From Oligoflexia bacterium (GTDB taxonomy: Bacteria; Bdellovibrionota; UBA1018): a DNA stretch of 64,000 nucleotides. This document shows positions 29,206 to 38,961 of this stretch, piece by piece. The translations under genes were made by a program, and so were the position numbers. Location of the stretch: contig JAMPXJ010000006.1 in assembly GCA_023701205.1 (NCBI GenBank), positions 86,404 through 150,403 on the forward strand, in the 5' to 3' direction. Position 1 is the first letter of the stretch. The number at the start of each line of letters is the position of its first letter. Below the pieces are notes generated by a model. The model saw nothing but the letters and a program-made list of their open reading frames with translations. It had not been told where the DNA came from and searched no databases.

Positions 29206-31294
29206 ATGGGATTCACCGCCCAAATACGGTCACTCATTCATGCGGTCACGATCCTCGGATGCCTTCTGACCTCGTATGATGCCTCGGCGACAGGGGGGCC
29301 TCCGAGCGCCCACGGCTATCCCCCATCCCTGAGCACCAACTGAGCGAGCAAGCCCTGGCTCGTCAGGGCCGAGTGATCGAGTTTCGAAAAATCCAGGATT
29401 TCACCCGGAAGTTCGGTTCTCAAGCGGCGCTCGCCCGCGAGTCCTTCCTCGATTGGCTTCAATACGTCCATGCCGACGTGGAGCGCGAAGGCGGCAACAA
29501 GGGTATCTTGCCCGAGCTTTTTGACTATGATCTCGACCGCATTTTTCATCCGGACCAGCCCGTCAAGATTCAATACGTCGAAAATGGCAAAGGAACCGCC
29601 GAGAACTTTCTGGAGTTCCTGACGCGCGAATTTCCCGGGACGCGTTGGCAGGTAGAAAAGGTTGCCGCTCTCGATTCTTTCCCAGCCGATGTCCGGACGA
29701 TGGCATCGCGAAAAATGCCGCCCATCGAGATGAAGGCGGAGGTCGCGGCGAATCTGGATCAGCTGGTAAGCTATATGCTCAAGCCACGCGCTACGACTTG
29801 GATCCGCCGGAAAAGGAGTTGAAGGAGTTCATTTCAAAGCTCGGACCCCTCACCAGGAAAAACGCCGTGTCATCAGCGCGCCTTGACCAGCTCAGATCCG
29901 AGCTGGCCTCGCTGTTCTATGGCGCAACGAATTTCGAGCGGGCTTATCCGATCTTTTCACGGGTCGGTTTCGATTCCTTCATGAAGAAGCTCTCCTTTGC
30001 GCATGAGGGAGATTTCGATGGGGAACTGGATAAGTGGTTCAGCAAGGAGTACGTGAAGTGGTCGCCCGCTAAAAAGGAGGGACCCAACGACTGGATGTTC
30101 GAGACGCTTGTTCACAACACCAACAGAGAAAGCTACTGGCAGCTGGAAAGGAATCCTTTCGGGGTGTTGAACGCGGTTTATTCTAGTCGTAATGACGGCT
30201 TTGGTCATGCCGAATCCGGCGACGGCTTCTATGTTTTCGGCAAAGCGCCGCCCTATGCCGCCTATGGGGAAAATCGAATCTATTTTCGAACGGCTCAAAC
30301 GCCCGACACGGCCGCGCTTCGAAGAGGGTCGGCCCTGAAAGACGAGGCGACGATCCTCTATGCCGAGGACTTCCGAATCATCCCGGAAACCTTTCCTTCG
30401 AGTCCCGCCGCCCTGGCGGACGCATTCGTTCGTCCCGAGTCCTTCGCCGACCCGGGAAATCCGGGAAAGATAACGGTGCTTCACCGGCGAATCGATCGCA
30501 ACTGGAGTCCGGAGCTTGTGCGCGAGCTGGATAGAGCACTCGCGGAACGGCCGGATAACCTGCTCTACTATCTTCAGCTAAAAAAGGGTCCGGAATGGGA
30601 CGGACTAAAACGCTTGATTGACTCCAGGGTCGCGGCGAGGACGCTGACGGATGAGGAGCTTTTTGGTTTATTCAGCATGCGACAGTGGAAGCAGGCACCA
30701 GAGATGAGCAAGTGGGTCAGGGAACTTGCCAAGGACGAAGCCCGGTTTGCGCGCCTTGCGACAGGCTTAGCGGCCGCCAACCGATCCTTTGATACGACAG
30801 GAAATCACTTCGCTCAGGCTCTTTTGGAGATCGGAGAAAGGAATCTGGCCAATCAGGCGCTCAGGCAGGCGATGCAGGTACCTCGGCTGCGTAGCAAGAT
30901 GATTGACGTGGTTTTCACCCAGGAGTCGTCGGCAGGCGCCAAGAGGATCTTCGCGCAGCAGGTGAAGTTGGCGCTCAAGGAGAAACATCACTTACCCGTA
31001 ATGACGCTTTTGGATTCGGTTTATCGGAAGCCGCACTCGGTCGCGTTCGAGGACCATCTCGAAGAGATCTGCGCCTATGTGAAGAGGACGAATGACTCGC
31101 AGCTGAACGACGCGTTGATCCGGGCGCTATATCAGGGCCCGGACACCGCACGGCGCTTGCAGCGGCCTGAGATCCGGGCGCTGTTGGATGACAAAGCATT
31201 CCGGAGCAGGCTTTCGGCGCACGCGCGGCAGCAGCTTCTTGAGATCGAGAAGGCGCCATTGAAGTGCACGAAGGCTTTTGAGGGTCTGAATTAG
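29206..31294 (+). pseudogene. Secreted ~696-aa protein split by two single-base frameshifts
   Basis: ATG 29206 with GAAAGGT RBS and signal peptide; adding one G in the G6 run 29293-29298 and one near 29783 joins it to ORFs 29373-29822 and 29645-31294. Confidence 0.7.
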
Positions 31295-31394
31295 GCCTGC
31301 CGCTGCAGTCCCGATCCTCAGTAAACCGGCCCGAGCGGGCGCCGCCCGATCCTTCGCAACGTCTGCGTGCGAAAGCGCAGCCACGGCACATGCG
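31293..31394 (+). repeat. Direct repeat copy A (overlaps 3' end of CDS 31318-31836)
   Basis: Copy in the intact gene; matches 26862-26951 and 29041-29129. Confidence 0.95.
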
Positions 31395-31836
31395 CGGCGC
31401 GCTCGGCCTGGAGCCCGAGCTGCGAGGGCAGGGGAAGCTTTCTCACCCACGCCGCCGCCTGCGCCACGGCCTCCTCGACGAGCACGGTTCCGGTGTCGCC
31501 GCCGGGCCCGGGAATTCGCGAGTCGAGGTCAATCGGGCTTTCGATGAATGCACGATAATGCGGGTAGGCCCAAAGATGGAATTCCAGCACCGCCGGAAGC
31601 CCGAACTCGCGCACGGCGCCTTCGAGCTCCTGGTAGGCCGAGCCCCCTGAAGACTGCGGGGCCAGGAGCTTTTCGGCATGCAGCTCGATCGGCGCGGAGG
31701 CGGGGCGTTCGGCCTCGCGCTCGCCGGCTTCCTCGAGCACCTCGAGTAGCCGCTCCTCGCCCAGAAGCGCCGCGAGCCGCCGCAGCGTTTCCGCATGGGC
31801 TTCCAGGAGCTGGCAGAGGAATTCCACGATCCGCAT
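31318..31836 (-). CDS. Hypothetical protein (3' end is triplicated)
   Basis: 172-aa ORF with host-like codon usage, last gene of the co-oriented run after nusB. Confidence 0.75.
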   Translation of the reverse strand: MRIVEFLCQLLEAHAETLRRLAALLGEERLLEVLEEAGEREAERPASAPIELHAEKLLAPQSSGGSAYQELEGAVREFGLPAVLEFHLWAYPHYRAFIESPIDLDSRIPGPGGDTGTVLVEEAVAQAAAWVRKLPLPSQLGLQAERAAHVPWLRFRTQTLRRIGRRPLGPVY

Positions 31837-31842
31837 TCCCGC

Positions 31843-32529
31843 TCAGTACCTCTTCGGGGTGAAGACCGCCCGCCAATGCGCGGGCGTCGGCGCGGTGATC
31901 GTGCCCCCCGGCCATTCCGCGATGCCGCGCGAAAGCTCGTTGGGATCGGTGAAGCGCGGATCCAGGATCACGTACCACTGCCCGCGCCAGAGCGCGTCGT
32001 CCGGGTTGTCCGTCCTGCTCTCGAGAAACCCCGCGTTCTCGGTGAAGAGCACGATCCCGTGTGGCCAGAGCTGTTCGGTGAGCGTCTGATTCCACCTCTC
32101 GATCAGCGGGATCTGCACCCACGCGTCGAGGATCCAGAAACGCCAGCCCAGGGAGCAGGCCTGGGCCGCGAGCGCGTTCTCCCAGATGCGGTCATAGCGC
32201 TCGAGCTTTTCCTTGGGAATAAAGCTGAAGAGCGCGTCGGGCAGCACGCGCGTGCGCTTTCGGGCGGAAGAGGCCGGGCGTTCGATCAGCTCGGTGAGAT
32301 CCCCGTCGAGACTGGCGCTCAGCCGGAGCTCCTGGACCCGGGTTTCCCATTCGCCGAGGCGCCTGGCCTCGTCGCGCTGCCCTTTGGCCAGGCAGCCGGA
32401 CTTGCGCGCGTGGATCGCGCGATGGATATCCCGGAGCACCGCAAGCTTGAGCAGGAAGGCCGAAGGCCCGCCGCTCTCGCCGATCTGCTTCCAGAGATCG
32501 GTACTGCGCTCGAGAAGGGGGTGGATCAT
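31843..32529 (-). CDS. Hypothetical protein
   Basis: 228-aa Trp-rich ORF, ATGA overlap with upstream gene. Confidence 0.75.
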   Translation of the reverse strand: MIHPLLERSTDLWKQIGESGGPSAFLLKLAVLRDIHRAIHARKSGCLAKGQRDEARRLGEWETRVQELRLSASLDGDLTELIERPASSARKRTRVLPDALFSFIPKEKLERYDRIWENALAAQACSLGWRFWILDAWVQIPLIERWNQTLTEQLWPHGIVLFTENAGFLESRTDNPDDALWRGQWYVILDPRFTDPNELSRGIAEWPGGTITAPTPAHWRAVFTPKRY

Positions 32530-33041
32530 GACTCGTCCGAAGGTTTCGGCCGCAGGATGGGATAGCTGATGCCCGGGCCCTTGCGGAAATTCGGCGCCTT
32601 CTTGGGCTGCGCCTGGACCTCGGGCGCGGCAAGCGGCGCGAACGCGGAAAGCGGCTTGAGCTCGCGCTGCGCCTGCACGGTGCCGCGGTGGAATTCCAGC
32701 AGCGCATCGATCACGCCCTGATCCTTGAGCGCGGGTTGGTACTCCTGGCGCGCCGTCACCGGACGCGGAGCGGGGGGCCTGGCAGCCCTCCCTGACAGCC
32801 GGGCTCGTGCTGCGGCTAGGGCGCTGGACTTGGGCGCGGCCGGGGTTTCGGGCGCGGCGGGTGCGGCCTTGGCGACCGGGATGCTTTCACGCGCGATCGC
32901 GGCCAGGGAGCCCAGGAGCTGCAACGACTGCTGCATCTGAGTGAATCCCGGGGCCGGCCCCGGCTCCAGGCGCTGCGAGTGAGAGAGGAGAGCGCGCGCG
33001 AGGTTCGCGAGCTCCTGTTTTTTCTTCAGGCCAGAATCCAA
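32526..33041 (-). CDS. Hypothetical Ala/Pro-rich protein
   Basis: Likely TTG start at 33041 with GGAGG upstream; overlaps neighbours. Confidence 0.55.
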   Translation of the reverse strand: MDSGLKKKQELANLARALLSHSQRLEPGPAPGFTQMQQSLQLLGSLAAIARESIPVAKAAPAAPETPAAPKSSALAAARARLSGRAARPPAPRPVTARQEYQPALKDQGVIDALLEFHRGTVQAQRELKPLSAFAPLAAPEVQAQPKKAPNFRKGPGISYPILRPKPSDES

Positions 33042-33475
33042 AGATCGACCTCCTTGAACTGCCGGGCGATGAACTCCTCGCTCGCGTTGCCGAAGTCCCT
33101 GCGGGAGATCCCGACTTTGGGGATCTTGAGCGAGGCCAGGTTCTTTTTCAGCGCTTGGATCGTTTCGGCCGGGGGCAGGTGGCGTTCCCCGGGGCGATGG
33201 GCGGAGCCGGCTCCGGCGAGGATCAGGTGATAGGTTATTCCGTGGCGGGTGAAGGGAAAATACGCGCATTCCCCCGGGGCTCCGGTGATCGCGCCCGAAC
33301 GCAGGTTGCGCGACAGCGCGCCCTGAAAACGCCAGTCCATCAGGCCCGCCAGTCCCTGCAGCGGGCGTTCGTTCTCGTGAAAGGTCACGACGAGACCTGC
33401 GACTTCGCCTTCAAAGAGGGCCTGTTCGGCCGGGATATCCAGGGAATGATGGACGTGTTTGCTCGCGGAACTCAC
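33026..33475 (-). CDS. Peptidase M17 N-terminal-like domain protein
   Basis: ENERPLQGLAGLMDWRFQGALSR...ITGAPGE pattern. Confidence 0.7.
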   Translation of the reverse strand: MSSASKHVHHSLDIPAEQALFEGEVAGLVVTFHENERPLQGLAGLMDWRFQGALSRNLRSGAITGAPGECAYFPFTRHGITYHLILAGAGSAHRPGERHLPPAETIQALKKNLASLKIPKVGISRRDFGNASEEFIARQFKEVDLWILA

Positions 33476-33558
33476 CCGATCAGTTTAACCGGTTCGGGAG
33501 GCGGCCCGCAAGCTTGGCGCGGCCCCGGGAGCGCGTCCGTGGGCAGAAACTGCCGAGC

Positions 33559-34008
33559 TCAGTCCTGGGCGGTCCGGGGGGCTTTGCGGAGAGCATCCAG
33601 AATCCCATTGACGAAAGCGGGGGTTTCCGCGCTTCCGAACTCCTTGGCCAGCTCGATCGCCTCGTCGATGACCACGGAGGCGGGGACCTCGGGCTTGATC
33701 AGAGTCAGCTCATAAGCCGCCATGCGAAGCAGCGCCCGGTCGATGAAGGCCATGCGCGCGAGCTTCCAGTTGGCGGCATGGGTCTCGAGCAGCCCGTCGA
33801 TCGCGGGCCCGTTCTGGAGCGTCCCGGCCACGAGCTGGGAGGCGTACTCGCGGATGCCCTGGGGCGTCTGGAAGTGCTCGAAATGTCCCTGCAGCTCGCG
33901 AACGAGTTCCGCGCCAGCTGGCGCGGGCTGGCCGGTGGACTGGGCCTTGACGTCGAATCGATAGAGGATCTGCAACGCGACTTCGCGCGCCTTGTGCCGT
34001 GATTTCAT
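33559..34008 (-). CDS. nusB: Transcription antitermination factor NusB
   Basis: RHKAREVALQILY, IDRALLR, VVIDEAIELAKEFG, FVNGILD. Confidence 0.97.
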   Translation of the reverse strand: MKSRHKAREVALQILYRFDVKAQSTGQPAPAGAELVRELQGHFEHFQTPQGIREYASQLVAGTLQNGPAIDGLLETHAANWKLARMAFIDRALLRMAAYELTLIKPEVPASVVIDEAIELAKEFGSAETPAFVNGILDALRKAPRTAQD

Positions 34009-34517
34009 ACTTTGCTTTCGTTGGAATGGATGAAGGGAAACTCAAGGTGCACGGCGTCGCCGGAGCTGGCGCTCGGGATGCCCTGCAGCTCGGCCACGAA
34101 CTCCTCGACGTCGCGGAAGTCGCGGTAAACCGAGGCGAAGCGCACATAAGCGACCTTGTCGAGGCTCTGCAGGTGGATCATGACCATCTGGCCGATCGTG
34201 CGGGCCGGGATCTCCTTGAGGCCGTAGCTCTGCACCTTCTTCTCGATGGCATTGACCGCTTCCTCGATCTTCTGCATCGGGACCGAGCGCTTCTGGCAGG
34301 CTTTCTGGATGCCCTCGAGGACCTTGGCGCGGTTGTAATCCTCGCGCCGGCCGTCCTTCTTGATGACCACGGGCATGACCTCCTCGACCCGCTCATAGGT
34401 CGTGAAGCGGCCTTCACAGCGCGCGCAGGCGCGACGCCGGCGGATCATGTCCCCGGGCTGGTTCATCCGCGAGTCGATGACCTTGGTGTCAGGTGTGGAG
34501 CAAAAAGGGCATTTCAC
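34005..34517 (-). CDS. nrdR: Transcriptional repressor NrdR
   Basis: KCPFC...VIDSR...IRRRRAC..C..RFTTYE, AYVRFASVY; GTG start. Confidence 0.97.
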   Translation of the reverse strand: MKCPFCSTPDTKVIDSRMNQPGDMIRRRRACARCEGRFTTYERVEEVMPVVIKKDGRREDYNRAKVLEGIQKACQKRSVPMQKIEEAVNAIEKKVQSYGLKEIPARTIGQMVMIHLQSLDKVAYVRFASVYRDFRDVEEFVAELQGIPSASSGDAVHLEFPFIHSNESKV

Positions 34518-34569
34518 TCTTTTGCTTGTAGCTGATCCGGGGAAAGCGATCAACCCTCGTCGCGCCCGC

Positions 34570-35883
34570 TCAGCCGTAAAGCGGGAATTTCCCGCAGAGT
34601 TCCCGGACTTCCGCCCGGATGCGCCCGAGCTGCGCGGCTTCGCCCCGGGCCTGCAGCGCCTGCCGGATCCAGACGCCGATCTGCCGCATCTCCGCCTTGC
34701 CCATCCCCCGCGTTGTGATCGCCGGAACGCCGATGCGGATGCCGCTGGTGACGAACGGGCTGCGTTTTTCGTTCGGAACCGTGTTCTTGTTGACCGTGAT
34801 CCCCGCCTGATCGAGCCAGGCTTCGGCCTCTTTACCCGAAATGGAGCCGTCGAGAGAGGCAGTCAGGTCGATGAGCATCAGATGGTTGTCCGTGCCGCCG
34901 CTCACGAGCTTGAATCCCTGGCTCATCAGGGCGTCAGCCAGCGCACGCGCGTTTTCCAGGATCTGCTTTTGGTAGGCCTGGAACTCGGGAGTGAGCGCTT
35001 CGCCGAAGGAGACGGCCTTGGCCGCGATCACGTGCATGAGCGGGCCGCCCTGGATCCCCGGGAAGATCTGGGAATTGACGGCTTTCAGCCGATCGGCAGC
35101 GGTTCCGAGGGTCTCTCCGGGGGAAGGGCCCCGGCCGACCAGGATCAGCCCGCCCCGCGGTCCGCGAAGCGTCTTATGGGTGGTCGAGGTCGTATAGGTC
35201 GTATGGGGAAGCGGGGAAGGGTGCAGGCCCGCCGCGACCAGCCCGGCGATATGGGCCATGTCGACCACGAGGTGCGCGCCGGTTTCGCGCGCGATCCCGC
35301 CCAGGGCTTCGAAATCGATGATCCGCGGATAAGCGCTTGCGCCCGCGACGATGACTTTTGGCTTTTCCCTGCGGGCAAGCTCCCGGATCTGATCGTAATC
35401 GAGCCGCTCCGTCGCCGGATCGAGCCCATAGCTCACCACCCTGAACAGGCGGCCGCTGAAATTCACGGGGCTTCCGTGAGTCAGGTGCCCGCCATGCGAG
35501 AGGCTCATGCCCAGCATCGTGTCACCCGGGCTCATGAGCGCGAGGTACGCGGCCATGTTGGCCTGCGAGCCCGAATGCGCCTGGACGTTCGCGGCCTCGG
35601 CTCCGAAGAGCCGGCAGACGCGCTCGATCGCGGCCGCTTCGATCTGATCGGCGAACTCGCAACCGCCGTAGTAGCGCTTGCCCGGGTAGCCTTCGGCGTA
35701 CTTGTTGGTGAGGATGGAGCCTTGGGCTTCCAGGACCGCGCGGCTGACGTAGTTTTCCGAAGCGATGAGCTCCAGGCCCGTCTCCTCCCGCTCATGCTCG
35801 CGCCCGATCGCCGCATGAATCACGGGATCGGCGGATTGGAGATCGCTCAGGAATTTCTTCGAAGAGTCATGGGGCATCGTCAT
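34570..35883 (-). CDS. glyA: Serine hydroxymethyltransferase
   Basis: [35 protein letters not shown]. Confidence 0.98.
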   Translation of the reverse strand: MTMPHDSSKKFLSDLQSADPVIHAAIGREHEREETGLELIASENYVSRAVLEAQGSILTNKYAEGYPGKRYYGGCEFADQIEAAAIERVCRLFGAEAANVQAHSGSQANMAAYLALMSPGDTMLGMSLSHGGHLTHGSPVNFSGRLFRVVSYGLDPATERLDYDQIRELARREKPKVIVAGASAYPRIIDFEALGGIARETGAHLVVDMAHIAGLVAAGLHPSPLPHTTYTTSTTHKTLRGPRGGLILVGRGPSPGETLGTAADRLKAVNSQIFPGIQGGPLMHVIAAKAVSFGEALTPEFQAYQKQILENARALADALMSQGFKLVSGGTDNHLMLIDLTASLDGSISGKEAEAWLDQAGITVNKNTVPNEKRSPFVTSGIRIGVPAITTRGMGKAEMRQIGVWIRQALQARGEAAQLGRIRAEVRELCGKFPLYG

Positions 35884-36359
35884 TTGGATTTTGTCTCGAG
35901 TCGTTCGATTTTTTCCACGCGGGTCCGGTGACGGTCGTCTCCGCTGAAGGGGGTTTCAAGCCAGACCTTTGCGATTTCCGCGCCGTATTCGGGCGCCACG
36001 AAACGGGAGCCCAGGCAAAGGACGTTGGTGTCGTTATGCTCGCGAGCGAGGCGGGCGGCCACCGGGTTCTCGACCGCCGCCGCGCGGATGCCGCGGATCT
36101 TGTTCGCCGCGATGCTCATGCCGATGCCGCTGCCGCAGATGAGGATCCCGCGCGGCACGTCGCCGTCGGAAACGCGGCGAGCGAGCTTTTCGGCGAAATC
36201 GGGATAATCCACGCGATTGCCGTTGATGGGGCCGAGGTCCTCCCAGTCCCACTCCGGCAGGGACTTCTGGATCGCGGCCTTGAGCTCGATTCCGGCATGA
36301 TCGGAGGCGATGAGGACCTTTCGCGTCCGGGGAGCGCGCTTCGAAGGTGATCTGGCCAT
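35880..36359 (-). CDS. rpiB: Ribose-5-phosphate isomerase B
   Basis: [29 protein letters not shown]. Confidence 0.96.
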   Translation of the reverse strand: MARSPSKRAPRTRKVLIASDHAGIELKAAIQKSLPEWDWEDLGPINGNRVDYPDFAEKLARRVSDGDVPRGILICGSGIGMSIAANKIRGIRAAAVENPVAARLAREHNDTNVLCLGSRFVAPEYGAEIAKVWLETPFSGDDRHRTRVEKIERLETKSK

Positions 36360-36394
36360 TGAAGTCTCCTTTCGCGGAGCTTGTGCGACCCGGT

Positions 36395-37726
36395 TCAGAC
36401 CTTGCCGAAGATCAGGCTCGCGTTGGTTCCGCCAAAGCCGAAGCTATTGGAAAGTGCGTAGCGCACGGGCTTTTCGACGGTCCGGTTGGCCGTGAAATCC
36501 AGCCCAAGCTCGGCGCAGCCCGGATCGAGGGTCTCCAGGTTGATCGTGGGAGGAATGCGGCCTTCGCGGATCGCGAGAATCGAGAACATCGCCTCGATCG
36601 CGCCTGCCGCTCCAAGCAAGTGGCCGGTCATGGACTTGGTCGAGCTGATGTGAAGGTGCTTGGCTCCGTTCGGGAAAAGCCGTGCGACCGCGCGGGCCTC
36701 TTCGACATCGCCCGCGGGCGTCGAAGTTCCATGCGCGTTGATATAGCCCACCTCTTCGGGATTGATGCCGGCGTCCTTCAGCGCCATGGCCATGGCGCGT
36801 CGCCCGCCTTCGCCTTCCGGAGCCGGGGAGGTCATGTGATAGGCATCGCCTGAAAGACCATAGCCCACGATCTCGGCGTATACCTTGGCGCCACGCTTTT
36901 TGGCGTGTTCGTATTCCTCGAGGATCAGGATCGCCGCGCCTTCGCCCATGACGAAGCCGTCACGCGCGACATCGAACGGGCGGGAACCCTTTTCAGGGGC
37001 GTCGTTGCGCGTCGAAAGCGCGCGCATCGCCGCGAAGCCGCCGATCCCGAGCGGGGAGATGACCGCTTCGGCGCCGCCGCTCACCATGATGTCCGCGTCC
37101 CCGCGAATGATCTGCTTGAACGACTCGCCCAGTGAGTGGGCGCTCGAGGAGCAGGCGGTGACGTTACAGAGGTTCGGGCCCTGGAGGTTCAGCAGGATGC
37201 TGAGCTGGCCCGCGGCCATGTTCGGAATGACCTGCGGAATGAAGTAAGGAGTGATCCTGCGATAACCTTTGGTCATCAGCTCGGTATGGACATCCGCGAT
37301 CTCCGGGAGTCCGCCCATGCCGACACCGATGTTCACGCCGAGCCGGTCCGGATCGATCTTCGAGCGGATCGCGTCGAGCCCCGAGTCGCCGTAGGCCTCC
37401 AGCCCCGCCGCGAGCGCGAAATGCACATAGCGGCCGACGCGCCGGGCTTCCTTGGCGTTCGCGGCCTGCGTAACCGCGTACTCCGGGCTGGCCGGGTTGG
37501 GATGAAAGGGTCCGACGGCACGAGTGACATCGAAGCCTTTCACCTCCGCGGCGAAGGTCACCGGGCAGTCCTTCGGGTCGAACAGCTTGATCGTCGCCGC
37601 GCCCGAGCGCCCTTCCAGCGAGTTCCGCCACGTCTCCTGGGCGGAAAGGCCCAGGGGACTGACTGCTCCCATTCCGGTGATGACAACGCGGCGTTTGTTC
37701 ATTTTGACGGAGTTAGAGACAGTCAT
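36395..37726 (-). CDS. fabF: 3-oxoacyl-ACP synthase II
   Basis: RRVVITGMG, TACSS, NAHGTST, TGHLLGAAG, SNSFGFGG. Confidence 0.97.
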   Translation of the reverse strand: MTVSNSVKMNKRRVVITGMGAVSPLGLSAQETWRNSLEGRSGAATIKLFDPKDCPVTFAAEVKGFDVTRAVGPFHPNPASPEYAVTQAANAKEARRVGRYVHFALAAGLEAYGDSGLDAIRSKIDPDRLGVNIGVGMGGLPEIADVHTELMTKGYRRITPYFIPQVIPNMAAGQLSILLNLQGPNLCNVTACSSSAHSLGESFKQIIRGDADIMVSGGAEAVISPLGIGGFAAMRALSTRNDAPEKGSRPFDVARDGFVMGEGAAILILEEYEHAKKRGAKVYAEIVGYGLSGDAYHMTSPAPEGEGGRRAMAMALKDAGINPEEVGYINAHGTSTPAGDVEEARAVARLFPNGAKHLHISSTKSMTGHLLGAAGAIEAMFSILAIREGRIPPTINLETLDPGCAELGLDFTANRTVEKPVRYALSNSFGFGGTNASLIFGKV

Positions 37727-37739
37727 TCCCTCGAAAACC

Positions 37740-37988
37740 TCAGTTGTTCGCCTTGGAAGCGACGTATTTCACGACATCGCCGACGGTCTTCATTTTCTCG
37801 GCGTCCTCATCCGGGATGTCCAGATCGAACTCCTCTTCCATCGTCATGACGAGCTCGACGATGTCGAGGCTGTCGGCGCCGAGATCGTCGATGAACGAAG
37901 CGGTCTGGGTGACTTTTTCCGGCTCGACGGCGAGCTGGTCACAGATGATGGTTTTGACTCTTTCTTCAACGGAAGCTGACATTTTCAT
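37740..37988 (-). CDS. acpP: Acyl carrier protein
   Basis: [14 protein letters not shown]. Confidence 0.98.
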   Translation of the reverse strand: MKMSASVEERVKTIICDQLAVEPEKVTQTASFIDDLGADSLDIVELVMTMEEEFDLDIPDEDAEKMKTVGDVVKYVASKANN

Positions 37989-38199
37989 TCTCCTCTATAG
38001 GTCCGGAGCTCCGCTCGGCTTTGCCTCGCTTGACTCCCGGACCCCCCTTCGGGGGCCCCTTTTTTCGGCGCTTCGCGCCTCGTTCTTTGCGGCTTTGCCG
38101 CTTTTTCGCCTTGGCTGGTGCCAAGGCTTTCATCTACAAACCCAAACTTACTGAACTGTTACTGAAACTGAAACCCAAACTGAACCTGTTGCCCAACGA

Positions 38200-38961
38200 T
38201 CACATGTACATCCCGCCATTCACCCCGATGACTTGCCCGGTAATGTAGCGGCTCGCGGGTGAGGCGAGAAAGGAGACCAGGGAAGCGATATCTTCCGGCT
38301 CGCCCAAGAATCCGAGTGGGACGGTCCGCAGAATGTCTTCTTTTTGCGCTTCAGTCAAGACCCCTGTCATATCGGTCACGATAAAGCCTGGGGTGACGAC
38401 ATTGACCCGGACCTGCCGGCTGGCGAGCTCCTTGGCCACGCTCTTGCTGAACCCGATCAGTCCCGCTTTTGCGGCGGAATAGGCGCTCTGGCCGGCATTT
38501 CCCATTTCGCCGATCACGGATGAGATCTGGATGATGCTGCCCTTGCGTTCGCGCATCATCTGGTTGGCCGCGGCGCGCGTGCAGTAGATTGCGCCCTTGA
38601 GATCCACGGAGAGGACCTTTTCGAGGTCTTCGTCCTTCATCCGGATCAGCAGGCCATCGATCGTGATCCCGGCATTGTTCACGAGCACGGAGAGCCTTCC
38701 GAACGTCTTGGCGATCCACTCGAACTTCTCGTTCACCTGCGCGGAATCGGCGACGTTGAACTGGCAGAGGTCTGCCGCTCCGCCCTCGGCCCGGATCCGC
38801 GTCTGCAGCTCGCGGGCCTTCTCCTCGTTCGAGCCGTAGTTGAGGATCACGTGGTAACCTTCACGGGCGAGCCGGGAGGCGATCCCCGCGCCGATGCCGC
38901 GCGAGGCGCCGGTGACGAGCGCGATCGGTTTCTTCTCGGGAAGCTGCGTAGCCTGCATCAC
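38200..38961 (-). CDS. fabG: 3-oxoacyl-ACP reductase
   Basis: TGASRGIG, NNAGIT, YSAAK, fab operon context. Confidence 0.96.
   Translation of the reverse strand: MMQATQLPEKKPIALVTGASRGIGAGIASRLAREGYHVILNYGSNEEKARELQTRIRAEGGAADLCQFNVADSAQVNEKFEWIAKTFGRLSVLVNNAGITIDGLLIRMKDEDLEKVLSVDLKGAIYCTRAAANQMMRERKGSIIQISSVIGEMGNAGQSAYSAAKAGLIGFSKSVAKELASRQVRVNVVTPGFIVTDMTGVLTEAQKEDILRTVPLGFLGEPEDIASLVSFLASPASRYITGQVIGVNGGMYM

Noticed and set aside
26862..31394. Diversity-generating retroelement (TR/VR pair at a gene 3' end)
   Set aside because: Mismatches between copies are not adenine-specific on either strand and no reverse transcriptase is visible in the window
26862..31394. Integron attC array or CRISPR array
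   Set aside because: No RYYYAAC...GTTRRRY ends and no intI; units are ~90 bp spaced ~2 kb apart and derive from a coding sequence; no cas genes
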